From: Camelus dromedarius | Taxonomy: Eukaryota | Direction: 5' to 3' | DNA: 64,000 bases | Assembly (NCBI RefSeq): GCF_036321535.1 | Contig: NC_087436.1 | Span: 121,770,001-121,834,000 of the forward strand | Shown: positions 11,872 through 25,112 of the stretch, one piece after another | Position numbering within the stretch: position 1 is the stretch's first letter | Layout: every line of letters starts with the position of its first letter | Position numbers and translations under genes: made by a program | Notes under the pieces: model-generated | What the model was told of the DNA's origin: nothing | Seen by the model: only the letters and a program-made list of their open reading frames with translations | Database searches by the model: none

Positions 11872-14060
11872 TATAATTATTAAAAACCTAAGAGTAACCA
11901 CTAAAAGGATAAAAATAGGATATATATCTTCCAAATTATCAGAAGGAAAAAAAGGGAGGGGGCATACATCCAGCCCTACAGGCGGGAAATACTACCAAAA
12001 GGGGGCCGTCTTCCGGCCCCGGAGGGGACGCTGCCTGCTTCCTGCATCACCTGACGAAGTCAACTAGATCTTCAAATTTTAACATTACCAATAAACCCTC
12101 TGAAATAAAACAAGAGTAATTTAACAAAATGAAATTCATGCACTTAATTTTTTTAATAGTTCAAAGTATTAGAGACAAAATCTAAGTTGAAATTACAGTC
12201 CGTTTAAAAAATCGAATTTTGGATGTGTCCAAGATAGAAAAGAAAATGTATACTTTAGAGGTGTTTATGAGAGAACAAAACAGAACAAAAAAAGACTGAA
12301 AAGTATATGTTCAATGTAAGAAGCCCAAACGAAACAAGAAATCAACTAATAAGAAATTAAGGGCAAAGACTGAAATTATTGGGGAAACAAAGAAGTAAAT
12401 GTCAATAAATCTGGAAGTTGATTCTCTGAACTTCTTCCTTCCCGGGCCGAACCACAAAAAGAGCAGGAATGAGAAAGGACACGAACACACACGAAAGAGA
12501 TTTTTTTAAACCACAAGGAATACATGTGTGCAGCTTATGCTTTTCACGTCTGAAGAAGGGCTGCCAACAAGCGGCTCACAGAGACTCTGCTGCCTGCACG
12601 ATGTGCTCCAGGAGCTGGGCCGACAGCAGAAGGCTCCTGACGTCACGCCTAACAATCCAGACTTGGGCTCCTCTGGACAAGTCAGCACTGAGACCAGGGC
12701 GCACTGCCAGCCTCCTTCTGGGAGACAGTTCGCTCTCTAAGTGTGAAGTCAGATGCGGGGCTTCTCCCGCAGCCATCACTTTGCCCATTTTCATCAGCTC
12801 CCCTGTAAGCACAAGCTTGTACCCGCCTTTATCTAAATGATGTGGATCATTTCCCAGGCAAATGTCAATTTGAAAAACTCACTCAATAGTAGAAAACCCG
12901 AAACAGGCTAATAAACGCAATGCAAGCTGAAAAGGCAGTCAAAGACACACAGTCCTTGCCCCTCCTCCTCCACGCAAATGTGAATCAGGCCCAAAAGTCC
13001 GACAGTGCGTTCTGTCAGGGCCTTCACAGAACAGGAGATGCGAGCTACTCCTGAAAGCTGAAAAACATGGAAAGCTTCTCAATTCATTCTATGAGACTAG
13101 GATAACCTTTATACAAAACAGACAATACCCTAGAGGTGAAAACTCACTATACCTCAGAATACAGATATAAAAATCCTAAGTAAAATACCAGCTGACTGAA
13201 TCCAACAACGGCTTGAAGGATAATGCATCACAATCTAGTAGGGTTTAATTCCAGGGAACGCAAGGGTGTCTCAAAATTAGGAAGCCTAATCTAATTCACG
13301 AAGAAATACAGGAGGAAGAAACCATACAAATTCAATGTCTAATCCTGGTTTTTTTTAAAAAAACAAAAACAATAACCTTTTAATAAGCTATTAAAAAGGG
13401 GGAAATTTATTTAATTTGCTAAAAAGTATCAAAAATTTGTCTGGTAAGCATCAGACTTGATGTGAAACGTCCGAAGCACCCCAGAGCAGCCAGGAGCTGA
13501 ACAAGGGTGCTGCCAGCAACACCCTTGACGGCGCTTTGAGGACTCTAGCTAACGCAAAAACCCCAGACAGACGACACAAAGGTCAAGTGCTGGAGAGGAT
13601 AAAGCAAAACTACTATTATTCGTAGAAGATTATCATAGCAATCAATTCCAAAACTGTTAAGAGTTAATAAGGGAGTTTGGTGAGATGACTGGACACAAAG
13701 TAAAACTCAGCCTCCCTACATACACCAGCAATAGCTCTTTAGAAGATTTATTCTGTTGGGGGGAGGGTATAGCTCAATGGTAGAGCACATGCTTAGCTTG
13801 CACACAGTCCTGGGTTCAGTCCCCAGTGCCTCCCCCCAAAATAAATAAATAAATCGAATTACCTCTCCCCCCTCAAAAAAAGAAACTTCATTCTGTCGTT
13901 TAAGAGGCCACTCGTAACAGCCCATAAAACTATAAAACACCTCCGTATAAGCTCAGTAAGAAATGTACAAACCATAAAACCATAATCTAGGATAAAGGGA
14001 CAACCTCAAACAGAGACATATGCCACAGGTTTGTATGGGAAGATTCAATATGGGTGCTAA
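11872..14060 (+). mobile_element. Highly degenerate old LINE-1 fragments, interrupted by a SINE
   Basis: L1 ORF2-like motifs such as ttctcaattcattctatgagactagg (about 13075) and gcatcacaatctagtagggtttaattccagggaacgcaaggg (about 13225). Boundaries approximate. Confidence 0.6.
13758..13880 (+). mobile_element. tRNA-Ala-derived SINE (camelid type)
   Basis: Head gggagggtatagctcaatggtagagcacatgcttagc...gggttcagtccccagt, (aaat)n middle, A tail. Degenerate 16-bp TSD at 13741-13756 and 13881-13896 (3 mismatches). Confidence 0.9.
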
Positions 14061-14661
14061 TTCTCTCTTTACATGTCTGCAGTTTTTCTAAAAAAAATGC
14101 TTTCTTTTACAAGTAGCTATTACTACTGCAAATTTTAAAAATGATTTAAAATAAGCTAAATAGAAGGGTAGTCATTTCTTCATCTCACTCCAGAGCTCAG
14201 TGCAGAGCTGTCTGACAAATAACGCCAACAGAAACATCCTCCTGACCCTCTCTGCGCGCCCTCCGGGACAGATTTAGTGGAGCAGGTGTCCACCTGCAGG
14301 CTGTGTGTGCATCAAACAGTGCACAGAGGGTAGATTTTACAAGCAAGTAGAAACAACTGATTTCAAGGCCACCGCCTGTCTCCCTGTGCCCACACCTACT
14401 TGTGAATGCTGGTTATTCTGCAGGCGTTCAACATTTTGAAACCTTGAATTATTATATGATTTCTAAAATGCCACTTGATTAAAGGGACTGACACCCACCC
14501 CAAGGGTTCTAGAATGACTGGTACTAAAATTGCTCCATTTCCCTAACCTGTGTTAATGGCACTGTGATTTCTCGACAGGTGGGTGAAAGTCCGAATGTTA
14601 GCTTTTGGTTGCTTTAGTGAAGAGGATCATTTTCCATGGCGAAAAGAAAGACAGAAAATGC

Positions 14662-16930
14662 CCTTTTATTTTCTTGTTGTGGTAAAATATACGTAAGACA
14701 AGATATACCACCTTAGCCACCTCAGTGGCGTTAAACACATTCCCACTGTTGTGCAGCCGTCGCCACCATCCCCCCCGTAACTCTTCATCTTGTGAAACTG
14801 ACACTGTCCCCACTGAACAGCAACCCCATTCCCCCTCCCCCAGCCCCGGCACCACCACCATGCTCTCTGTCTCCGGCTCTGCCTACTCTCAGTGCCTTGT
14901 GTGAGTGGAGTCCTAACAGTATTTGTCCTTCTTTGTCTGCCTTATTTCACTTAATGTCTTCAAGGGTCTTCCATGTTTTTAGGTCTTCAATCCATTCTGA
15001 GTAAATTTCTGCATGTGATATTAGGTAAGGGTCCAGCTTCACTCTTTCACATGTGGATGTCCAGTTTTCCCAGCACCACTTGCGGAAAAGACCGCCCTTT
15101 CCCCATTGAAGGATCTTGGCATCCTTGTCGAAACTCATCTGACCTACATGTGAGGGTTTATTTCTGGGCTCTGTGTTCTATTCCACTGGTCTGGATGTCT
15201 GTCTGTATGCCAGCACCACACTGTTTTGATTACGGCGGCTTTGCCGTAAGTTTTGAAAGCAGGAAGTGTGAGTCCTCCAGTTTTGTTCTTTTTTTTCAGC
15301 ATTTTTCTGGCTATTCTGGGTCAGAGATTCCATACAAATTTTGGAGTGTATTTATCTACTCCTGCAAAAAACATCATTGGGATTTTGATCAAGACTGCAC
15401 TGAATCTATACTACCACCTTGGGTAATGGTAACATTTTAATAATATTAAGCTGTCCAATCCAGGAACACAGGATGTGTTTCCATTTATTTATGTCCTCTT
15501 TACTTCCTTTCAGCAATGTTCTACAGTTCTCACTGAACTGAATGTTCTGCAGTCTTCTACCTCCTTGAGTAAATTAATCCCTAAGTTATTTTACTCTTTT
15601 CAATGCCATTGTAAATAAAACTGTTTTCATAATTTCCTTTTCAGACTGTTCATTGCTTGTATGTACACATGCAATTAATTTTTGTGTGTGGACTCTGTAT
15701 CCTGCTACTTTGCTGAATTCACTTATTAATTCTAACAGCTTTTTGGCAGAATGTTTACAATTTTCCACATATAAGATCACATCATCTGCAAACGGAGATA
15801 ATTGTACTCTTCTCCTATTTGAACGCCTTTTATTTCTTTTTCTTGCCTAAGTGCTCTGGCTAGAGTTCCCAGCACTGTGCTGAACAGAAGCGGTGGAAGC
15901 GGGCATCCCTGCCCGTCCCTAGTCTTGGACGGCTGAGGATGGCGTCTCCTGCAGGTTCCTGTATCTGTGGCTTTTACTATGTGGAGGTAGTTTCCTTCTA
16001 CTCCCATCTGTTGAGTGTTTTTAGTCATGAAAGGTGTTGAATTTTGTCAAACACTTTTTCTGCGTAAACTGGGGTGATCGTGTGGTTTTCCCTTTTTGTT
16101 GATGTGGCATACTACAGTGATTTTCGTATGTTGAACCATCTTTGCATTCCTGGAATACTCCTAATTGGCCATAGTGTAACATCCTTTAAATATGCTGAAT
16201 TTCTGCTCGCTGCTATTTTGTTAAGGATTCTTGCATCAATATTCACAAAGGACATTGGTCTGTAGTCTTCTTGTAGTGTCTTGGTCTGGCTTTGGTATCC
16301 AGGGCCTCAAAGAACGAGTTAGGACGTGTCCTCCTCTTCAATTTCCTAGAAAAGTTTGAGAAGGATGGGTACTAAGTCTTCTTTAAATGTTTGTTAGAAT
16401 TCACCTCTGAACCACTGGGTCCCGAACTCTCATTTGCTGGGAGATTTTTGAACACTGGCTTAGTCTCCTTTCTAGTTATGGGTCTATTCGGAATTTGTTT
16501 CTTCATGATTTAGTCTTACTAGGTTGTATGTTTCTAGGAATTTGTCCACTTCATCTAGGTTATCCAATCTGTTGGTGTGCAATTGTTCACAGTACTCTCT
16601 TGTAGTCCTTTTTATTTCTGTAGAACTGGTAATAATGTCGTTACTTCATTTTGATTTTAGTAATTTCAGTCTTTTTTTTTCTTACTTTATTCATAAGCTG
16701 TTATTCTGTTGATCACATTCATTCTGCTAATCTTCTCAAAGAGCCAATTTCTGGTTTCACTGATTATCCTGTTTTCTGTTCTCTATTTTTGTTTCTCTCT
16801 GCTCTGACCTTTATTATTTCCTTCCTTCTGCTAGCTTTGGATTTAGTTTATCTCCCCCACTCCCTAGTTCTATAAGTTGCAAATTAGGTTTTTGGTTTGA
16901 CATCTTTCTTATTTTTAATGTAAAGACTTA
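14662..16930 (-). mobile_element. LINE-1 (L1MB-like 3' UTR plus ORF2 fragment), sense to FAM193A
   Basis: T-rich plus strand. Minus-strand track ORFs read FDKDAKILQWGKGGLFRKWCWENW, MILYVENCKHSAKKLLELISEFSKVAGY and GQGCPLPPLLFSTVLGTLARALRQEKEIKGVQIGEE, all L1 reverse-transcriptase/ORF2-like. Confidence 0.9.
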
Positions 16931-17148
16931 TAAGTATAAGGACATGTACTTTTAAAGAAATTCAATTTCAGCTTTACTTTTTAAGTAAGGACTGTATTTT
17001 CTTCTTGGAGAAAACACATATGTTGTTATTTTTACATACACCCCATTTTTATCAACTAGCAGTGATAATACTGTGTATTATATTCCTAAATAAATGTGTG
17101 ACTTCAGGCAACAGATAAAACAAGAAGTTACTGTTCCCAAAGGATTTC

Positions 17149-17295
17149 TTTTTTGTTTGTCTGGGCTTTTTGGGGGGTGGCTGGTAGGGGGCTAATTCGG
17201 TTTATTAATTAGCTAATTAAACAGACGTACTGGGGGTTGAACCCAAGACTCCGTGCCTGCTAAGTGCGCACCCTACCCGAGCCCCACCTGCCCCC
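17149..17295 (-). mobile_element. tRNA-derived SINE (camelid type), diverged copy
   Basis: Reverse complement reads ...gcacttagcaggcacggagtcttgggttcaacccccagtac..., followed by an A-rich tail. Confidence 0.8.
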
Positions 17296-17504
17296 ACACA
17301 GGAGGTCCTGGTCTGAGCTAAGTCTCAGTCTCACCCTCTGCTGAGGACTTGTCCTGACGCCTTTACATCTTTAGTCATAGTTCAGTCAGAGAAATGAAGG
17401 AGGAATTTCTGAACCTAGCATTGCATTCACATCTATCATGCCTATGATGTAAAGTAAGAAAGACCACACAGGGTCCCCAGGAGGGCAGGACATGGATACC
17501 CCCG

Positions 17505-17680
17505 GTACAAATCCTGGCCAGCCTCCCTGACTGAGGGGCCTGGGGGCAGCCAATACACGCTCCAGTGTCTCTTCTCATCTGTAAACGCAGGTAACACCAT
17601 TATTTCTTAGAGAGACTGTGAGCAGCAACGAGGTTATAGGCTCTACATTTCTCAGCGCAGCGCTCAGCACAGCGTTCAGG
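17505..17680 (+). mobile_element. MIR relic
   Basis: MIR-core-like cagtgtctcttctcatctgtaaacgcaggtaacacc...gactgtgag...cagcacag. Confidence 0.55.
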
Positions 17681-20166
17681 GCATGATCGTTTACCTCCTC
17701 TTCTCCTCACCCGAATTAACATTTTAGTTACAACACTCTTCTGAAATCACCCGAAGAGGATCACACATCATTCACACTACCAGAAGCTTGCACTGACAAA
17801 ACACGACGGGAAGTCAGGGATAAGCCAGAGTCCTCCCTAGCTGGCGCACCCAGCCCTGCAGGAGGAATCGCCAGATGCAGGGAGAGAGGGAGGCTGCCTT
17901 CGCATAAGCCTCCAGGCTGCACAAAGGTTCCCACAAAGCAGCCTCAGACCCCCTGCCCTCCGCAACGGCCCTGCCCTGGACTCAGGAGCAGCAGCGCTCC
18001 TGCGTCTCTCCCAGCCTCGTTGCCAGGCCAGCGCGGGCTCTCACGCCTCTCTCCCCGAGAAGGCATCGCACATCCCTTGTCCTTTTGAAGCAAGAATGCC
18101 TCATCGAGTTTCTTCTACCATCAGCTTGGGCCCCAGTGACAAGAGTTAGCCAGGGAGAGAGGCTGGTGTCTAGTCTTCAACTTTTTTCTGAGGGTCCCTC
18201 CTTCACAGAGAACTGATGACCTGACATCCCAGGCAATCAGAGCTCTCCACCTCTCCCTTTACCTCTGTATCCTCAATAAACCACACTTCACTGCCAAGGG
18301 ATTGTCTCTATAGGGGACCCATTAACTAGCTCAGTACAGCCCAATTCACAACACAAGGAGTATTTACTGTAGTTCTTCTGCTTTTTAGTAACAACACATG
18401 AAAAAACTGTATTAGAATTATAAAATACAAAAGGCTCAAATAAAAGTAAAACATCATCTAATCTGATTCTGTCATTTCATAAGTGGCGGACTAAGGTCCA
18501 GGACAGGGGGAAAGGCTTGGCTGAGGTTCACAATGAATCTGGGGCAGAGCCCAGGGTCAAACGCCATTCAGGGTCCTCCACGGGACCTGAGCAGCACACC
18601 CCAAGGGCGTTTTACACACTGGTGACACGGTTTGGCTTCGAGATCTCATACCCAGTACCGGAAAAGGCGCTGCAACTGGTCCCTGTGCACCACTCTCCCC
18701 TCCTGGCTCCTATTTCCTCTCCCACCTGAACAGCAAGCTGCTAAAAATGGGCTGTCATGTGTGCAGGTAGCAGAGGGGAGGGTGGCGTTCTGCTCCTTTG
18801 CTTCTGAGCGGCTCTGCTGCTGGCTGCCCGGATGCACAAGGCCTCATGCGGTCAAGCGGCTGCAGGTCCACGTGGAGGCTGCACAGGCAACCTGGCCCCA
18901 CTCCAGCGTTTGCTACGCTGCCACCAGTGGAGAACGTGGAGCAGCGCTGCTCCCACAGAGGCCTAAGCTGAGGCGTTAGTGACAAGCCACAGCTGGGGAA
19001 CAGGCCTCTGGTTGTGAAACAGACAGACACACGGATGGACACACTACACACTCACCCCTAAGGAAGCAGAACAGCCAGTGCTCTCCACGCCTCCCCCTCC
19101 TCAGGCCGCAGGATAGAGGGGAGCACGTCACAGGAACAGGGTGGCCACACGGGGCCCACGTACGGACCGTGGGGGAGGCCGAGCGCACGGCGCAAGCAGA
19201 CCTGTGAGTCCGGGGACCACCTGCCTGGGACGAGCCCAGTAGTGCTGAACTCCGTACCATTACCAAGCTGGAATCTGGCCCCCTGCCCCCCTGCCCCCCC
19301 TGCCCCTGACAGAGAGGTTAAAGCCGGTATCATGCCGAGACTATGGTAAGAAAAATTCTCCCAAGTTAACAGACCACCTATAGTTCTGGTCCCTGGAGCT
19401 GCAGAGAGAGGACTGCTGTAGCCACTTGGAATGAGACAGGGTCCCGGGAAGCACCGAGAACACACCTGAACCTTCCTACTGCCCAGCCTCACCCCATACC
19501 TGGATGGTGACGGTGAGACAGAGGGGCCGCAGCCTGCTGTCAAGTGGCACCACTGACCCCAGTGGACCAGCACACATCGTAAGCCAGAACCAGGGTTCTG
19601 CTTGCCTGTAGTCTCAAAAGCATAATACGGAGCTCGGTCACCATTTCCTTATTATTCCTCATACCCTGTACCTTAAAAAAGGCCCACTCTGAATGTCTCC
19701 CCTGCCCGACCCTCCCAGTGGTTTCAGAAAGATGGGCAGGCCAGGGCAGGCAGTGGGGTGCCATCTGGAAGCCCTGTTCTGTGCCCCCCGAAGTTCTGGC
19801 TGCCCAGCTACACTGCCCTCAGGCCCTGTCTCCAACAGGGGCGCCTGCCTTCTCCACTCTCTCCATCCCTGGAAACAGCCAGCAGACACAGCCATCTGTG
19901 CGTGTCTGAGATGTTGGGACAGATGGAGAATGGGCTCTGAAGGCCACACGTGCCGTGTGTCCCAGGCTCTGAGTGGCAGAGTGTTCAGTAAATGATTCCT
20001 GAAATGCCAAGGTGCAGCAGCTCCCCAAGGCCCCAGAAGCCCCTGCAGGCAGCACTGAGCCTGGAAGCAGCCTGTACAAGGGACAGCGGCTGTGCCCGGG
20101 GCAGCATGGAATGAGAGCAGCAGTGGGGAGACCCCATGCACACCCCCAGCCCCGGCACGCACCCAC

Positions 20167-20314
20167 CTGCTCGTCCACATAGGCGTCGATCCTCTTCTGG
20201 CACTCCAGCCACTCCTCGGCCACGCCGCGCAGCTCCTCCTCAGAGTGCTGGTAGCGCTGCAGCAAGGTGCTGTACGCGTCCTCGCTGCAGGTGTCGTGGG
20301 TCGTGGTTCCCAGC
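20167..20314 (-). CDS. FAM193A: FAM193A coding exon F (148 nt, phase 2-0): LGTTTHDTCSEDAYSTLLQRYQHSEEELRGVAEEWLECQKRIDAYVDEQ
   Basis: Acceptor cctctctccccag|G, donor CAG|gtgggt. Overlaps track ORF 19819..20265. Confidence 0.94.
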
Positions 20315-22559
20315 CTGGGGAGAGAGGCCGGTCAACACAGGGAGGGGCCTGAGGCTCTGGGCCAGAGACCAGAGGTGTGCTTCCGTCTGCCACCTCCCCT
20401 CCCACAGTGACGGGCTGCTGGGAGGGAGGAGGGGTACACACGTTAGGCACCGGGACAGGGTCTGGCCTGAAGAAGAAGCCCAAACAAGTGACAGCTCCTC
20501 AGAAACATAGTGAGGGGTGCACAACACTGTCCTCAAAAGACTAGGGTCTGGAGATTCAGCCACTCCCTGAGGGACTGTGACCTGCTTCCTTTCCTGAGGT
20601 ACACTGATCCAGAGAAAGCGTTTAATGAGAAACATGAAATTTGGACCTGGTCTTCAAATTAAGTAAAACAGGAAATTCAATTCAATAAAAAAAAATACAG
20701 TTTTACTTATGCTATACTATTTATCTTAAGAAAGATGGAAAGATGCCAAATGAAAACACAAACAGAAAACAAAAGACGCACATACAGGGGAACACCCCGG
20801 GTTCTGGAGAAGAGGAAGGCGTGTGAGAGGAAGCGGAGAGAAGGGGAGGGCGGGCTCACAGGCAGCTTATCTTCAGAAAGCATTCAGTTTCCCAGGATTT
20901 AACCAGTTTCCCAATATATGTCAACATGTGAACCAAAATAATGACAGTGAAGACCTCATAACATCCTTACCACACGTATCGTCACTCAAGAGCACAGAGA
21001 CGTGCAGGGTTAATAACCAGCGCTGTTTACGCAGAACTGGAAGCCACGCCCCAGGCCGGACAGACTTTAAATCACACCCACTCATTCACACCTGGACACA
21101 CGAGTGCACTTACACACACTCTGAAGTGGAAACGCACCGTGGGAAGTTGTTAAGATGAGACTGCGTCACCAAGTTTAAAAACGTGTGTGTCGGGGCAGGC
21201 AGGGATGCGTGGACAATGGAAAAAATCTAAAAGTAGCACCAAACTGTTCATAGTACCTACCTCTTTTCATGATTTCTTTTGTTTTCAGAATTTTATTGCA
21301 ATAACAATCTAATAACTTGATAATAAAGATAAACAACTCAGTGATTTTAAAACAAGGACCTCCCAGTGGGTGTAGACAGCTCCCCCTCCACCCATGACCA
21401 CCGCGTAAAGACGCACATCACGCAGCAGAGTTGTGCCTGCTGAAGCTGTCTACACCGCGTCCACCTGTGAGATTCCCTTCAAAAAGGGGCCCGCAGATGT
21501 CAGTGTCACTGAGAAGGTGTGCAGGGAAGCCCAGAACCAGGAAAGGGACTGACAGCGACCCACAGGGTGAGGGGGGCTTGTTCAAACACCAAGATGGCTC
21601 TCCTAAGGCTGTTTCGGCCCCCAGGAAACAAAACTCTTCAAGACAGAGAATCCAGGGCCTCTGGGAGGCTCCTCCGGGCTCCACACAGCAGGGGGCACCC
21701 CAGGTCCGAGCGCGCGGTTCTGTGTCTCGCTGCACAGGAGCCCCCGCGGCAGCGGCTTTCTCCCCATGCCTTGCTTCTGCAACCCGGCTCATCGCAGACT
21801 GATTTCCACTCTTCATGCAAAACCACCTTCCACATGACGCCACCATGCCTCCTGGACCCCCTGTAAAACGGGTGCTAAGGGGCGCCGGCGTCAGCCAGGC
21901 CCCTCCCCACACCACGCTGCAGAGCCTATTCAGAGCCCAAGGACAGCAAGCCGTCGGGGGCCTGGGGCTTCTCTGCTGGGGGATTCAGAGCACAACCCAC
22001 AGGAACAGGGCTCACGTGCAAGTGAAGCTGGTGGAATCCAGAGGGGAAGCAGGGAGCTACCAGAAAATGTCCTCAGGGTCAAATGACATCAGTGGGCCAG
22101 CAAACAAGTTTCTATCTCAACACTCACTCTGCAAACAGCAGCACATAATGGGGAGCAGCATCTATTATAAATAGCGTGCACGTGACAAGGAAAGTGAAAT
22201 GAAGTCAGTCTGCATTGTGTAAATTTATTCACAAGCCCAATTAAGATTCCCTTAGCAATGAACATATATTTAAAATACAGACCAAACTGCACAGCAACTA
22301 CTAAAGCCACCACAATGAATAAGGAGACAAACGGGCTCCTGGTCTCGCCACAGGGACGGGAGCAGAGTCCAGAGGGGCTTCTGGGTCCACCACTAACTCT
22401 CAGGCAGCACAGACTGCAGCCCGCGCAGCGCTGCGAGGGTGTCGCTGCAGGACCACACCTGGCATCACTGCAGGATGGCCGGTGCAGGCGCCCTCACAGG
22501 TAAATTGTAAGGGAAAGGGGTGGGGCTGAGGGAGCTGCAGATGAAAGAACCTAGAAAGA

Positions 22560-22855
22560 CATGGGGAGGGGGGGTGGGGAGTGGAGGTCAATGCTTAACG
22601 GTGACAGAGTCTCTGTCTGGGGGTGACAAATAAGTTTTGAAAATAGATGCTGGCAGTGGTTGCTCAACACTCTGACCGTAATTAATGCTATTGAATTTGT
22701 ACACTTAAAATGATTAAATTGGCAATTTTTATGTTATATATACTTTACCACAACTTAAAAAAAATAATAATATACCAACAGCTGCTGAATCATACACTTT
22801 AAATTAGTGATTGTACGGCATGTGAGCTGTCTCTCAATAAAGCTGTTAAAAAACA
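22560..22855 (+). mobile_element. L1 3' UTR terminus (L1MB-like)
   Basis: Typical L1MB tail (gaatttgtacacttaaaatgattaaa..., ctcaataaagctgttaaaaaa) ending in AATAAA and an A run. Confidence 0.75.
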
Positions 22856-24987
22856 GAAAGAGAAATAACTTTCCTAAATTAAATCCATTATTTTAAATGA
22901 GGTCAACCTTTGGGTATATCATTCATATTAAAAATTTTTTTTAAGATACATCAAATAAAAAATCCAGGCAAGACTTTGGAAATGCACACGACCACTCAGA
23001 GAGTAAAGCCAGGGAAGGGCAGCGCTGCCGCGCCGGCCACCTGTGGGCCGGCTCTGGGCGAGGCGGGGCGCAGATGGACTTGCCTCCCAGAGGCAGCTAA
23101 GGAATGCCATCTACTACCAGTTCATTAATCCACTGATCCATTATACATTTATTTGGTGTAGTTCTCTGTATCTGTATTTGAGTTTGTAAGAAACAAGATA
23201 CAGGTGCAGAGACAAAGGGTCAGCACTGAAACACTCACCACTACGGATCCTGTGCACTACGGGCGCAGTCATTGCTGTCGGGCGTGGCGTTTGTGTTTGC
23301 CTTGTCACTTTTTAGGAGTTGTTAAGTGGGTATTTGTAAACTGAGCAGCTCAAATCTGAATTCTTCTCGGGTCCAACAAGGGCGTCTCGCGGGGAACTTG
23401 GAGGGCCACGTCCTTCTGGTGCCCCGGCCTCCTGGGGACGCTCTGCCTGCCTTCACCCGGGCTTCTGCCTGCCCCCGCCGACCCTCCTGAGAGCGGTACC
23501 GCAGCCTGAGCACAGGATTGACACGGAGACTCCAGAACACTGCTCACGTCTGGACACTGACCATTAGCAACGAGCGAATGAGAAATCCAGACCCAGAGCA
23601 GAGAAACATGGAGTCTCATACTGCAGTGCAGGTTTCTGCCACCCACCCACCCAGTCTGACGAGCAGCCCGTCAAACCCACTGGCTCATCAGAAAAAGAAC
23701 AGGCTGTACACCCTGGATCTTGCTGTAAGGACCCCCCCACAAGATGCATGTCTTTTTGTAAAAAGTGCTTCTGGTGGATTTGAACTTCGTAACTGGGGAC
23801 AAAACAGTGCTCTGTGTTCCAATATCAAGACTGAATACTCTCCTGACTCCTTCTTCTCTGAGGGTCACGGTTGGAACACTCAGGTCTTTGTGCACCCACC
23901 GTGGACTGTGACAGACGCCTGGAAGTGGACGCAGAAGGGAAGAGGGCGTGAAGCACCAGCCCTGCAATGCAGGGGATGCGGGAAGGGTCAGGAGCCATGC
24001 AGAGTGCAGGCCACACCGCACAGCGCTGTGTTCTGACCTCTCTACCCCCATCCTCCTTCCCTTATTCTTTCTCCAGAGGTGAGGCTGGGAAGTGGGGCGG
24101 GTTAGGACCCCTCAAAGAGGATTTAGGAATACAGAAAACAAAGACTGGGTTGATACATGGGTTTCGAGAGAAAAAAAAAAAGTCGTGTGTAAGTTAACTG
24201 CAACAATCACTTATTTTCTTAGAAATAATTTCCTTTCTTCGTGAGTCTGCCCCATTACATCTCAGTACGCACATTTAAGTAAAGAGGACTGCAGTCTGTC
24301 CTCCCGTGACACACCCACAGGCCAGGGATCCGCTCACACGTGTGCAGACAGGGAACCAAGCCACCGCCCCAGGGCTCCGGGGGAGCCTCCTCCCGCCAAC
24401 TGCAGCCACCTGGGAGCACACGGCCCCAGCCGAAACCTACGTCCCCATCACCAGGGCTAACGACCCCGAGTGATGTACCAGAACACTCGCTGGACACACC
24501 TGAGGAAGCCCCATGGATGCTCTACGCCAGCAAGAAGAGCCCAAGCCATGAGCCACAACGGGGAGGGAACGTCCAAGAGGCACGACGGCGTGTCTGACCC
24601 TACCCCCAGCACCCAGGAGCCCCTAGGCACCGTTGGACCCCTGCTGGAGCCCTCCCCTCCTCCCCCCACCGCATGTCCCCAGTATAGACCACACCACAGC
24701 CACCTGGCACAGCCTGAGTCTTGTCAGGTAAAATGCTCCATCTACGGCAGCTTTTCCTTATTCATGAGGAATCTGTGGTGTTAGATCCTAGTGGGTTTGT
24801 TATTTTAAAGTTTAATCGTGTTACTCTTTGGGTTTTGAGCTTTCTACCCAAACTATATTTTCCCCTAAGCTGGTAACTTTCTGGTGAGGAGTGCCCCTGC
24901 AGTGGTGTTCAGGCACACACCTGCTGCACCCAGGGCAAAGGTCCGCACTGTCACCTAGCAGGACACACGCAGATTAAGACCGAGTAC

Positions 24988-25112
24988 CTGATTTGCGACA
25001 CGAGTGCTGGCAAGCTGCTCTGGAGAAGCGGCTCCGAGAAGACCAGGTCTTCAAAGAGGTGTTTATTATGCAGTTCCCACGTCACCTGGAACTTCTTCAA
25101 GTGTTCGTTTTC
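24988..25112 (-). CDS. FAM193A: FAM193A coding exon E (125 nt, phase 0-2): ENEHLKKFQVTWELHNKHLFEDLVFSEPLLQSSLPALVSQI
   Basis: Acceptor atttctttatttaactag|GAA, donor CAG|gtactc. Translated by hand because it is absent from the ORF track; it bridges the phases of exons D and F. Confidence 0.93.

Noticed and set aside
19659..20483. 274-aa minus-strand ORF
   Set aside because: It crosses exon F in the wrong frame and runs through GC-rich intron. It does not fit the splice phases and has no recognisable homology.
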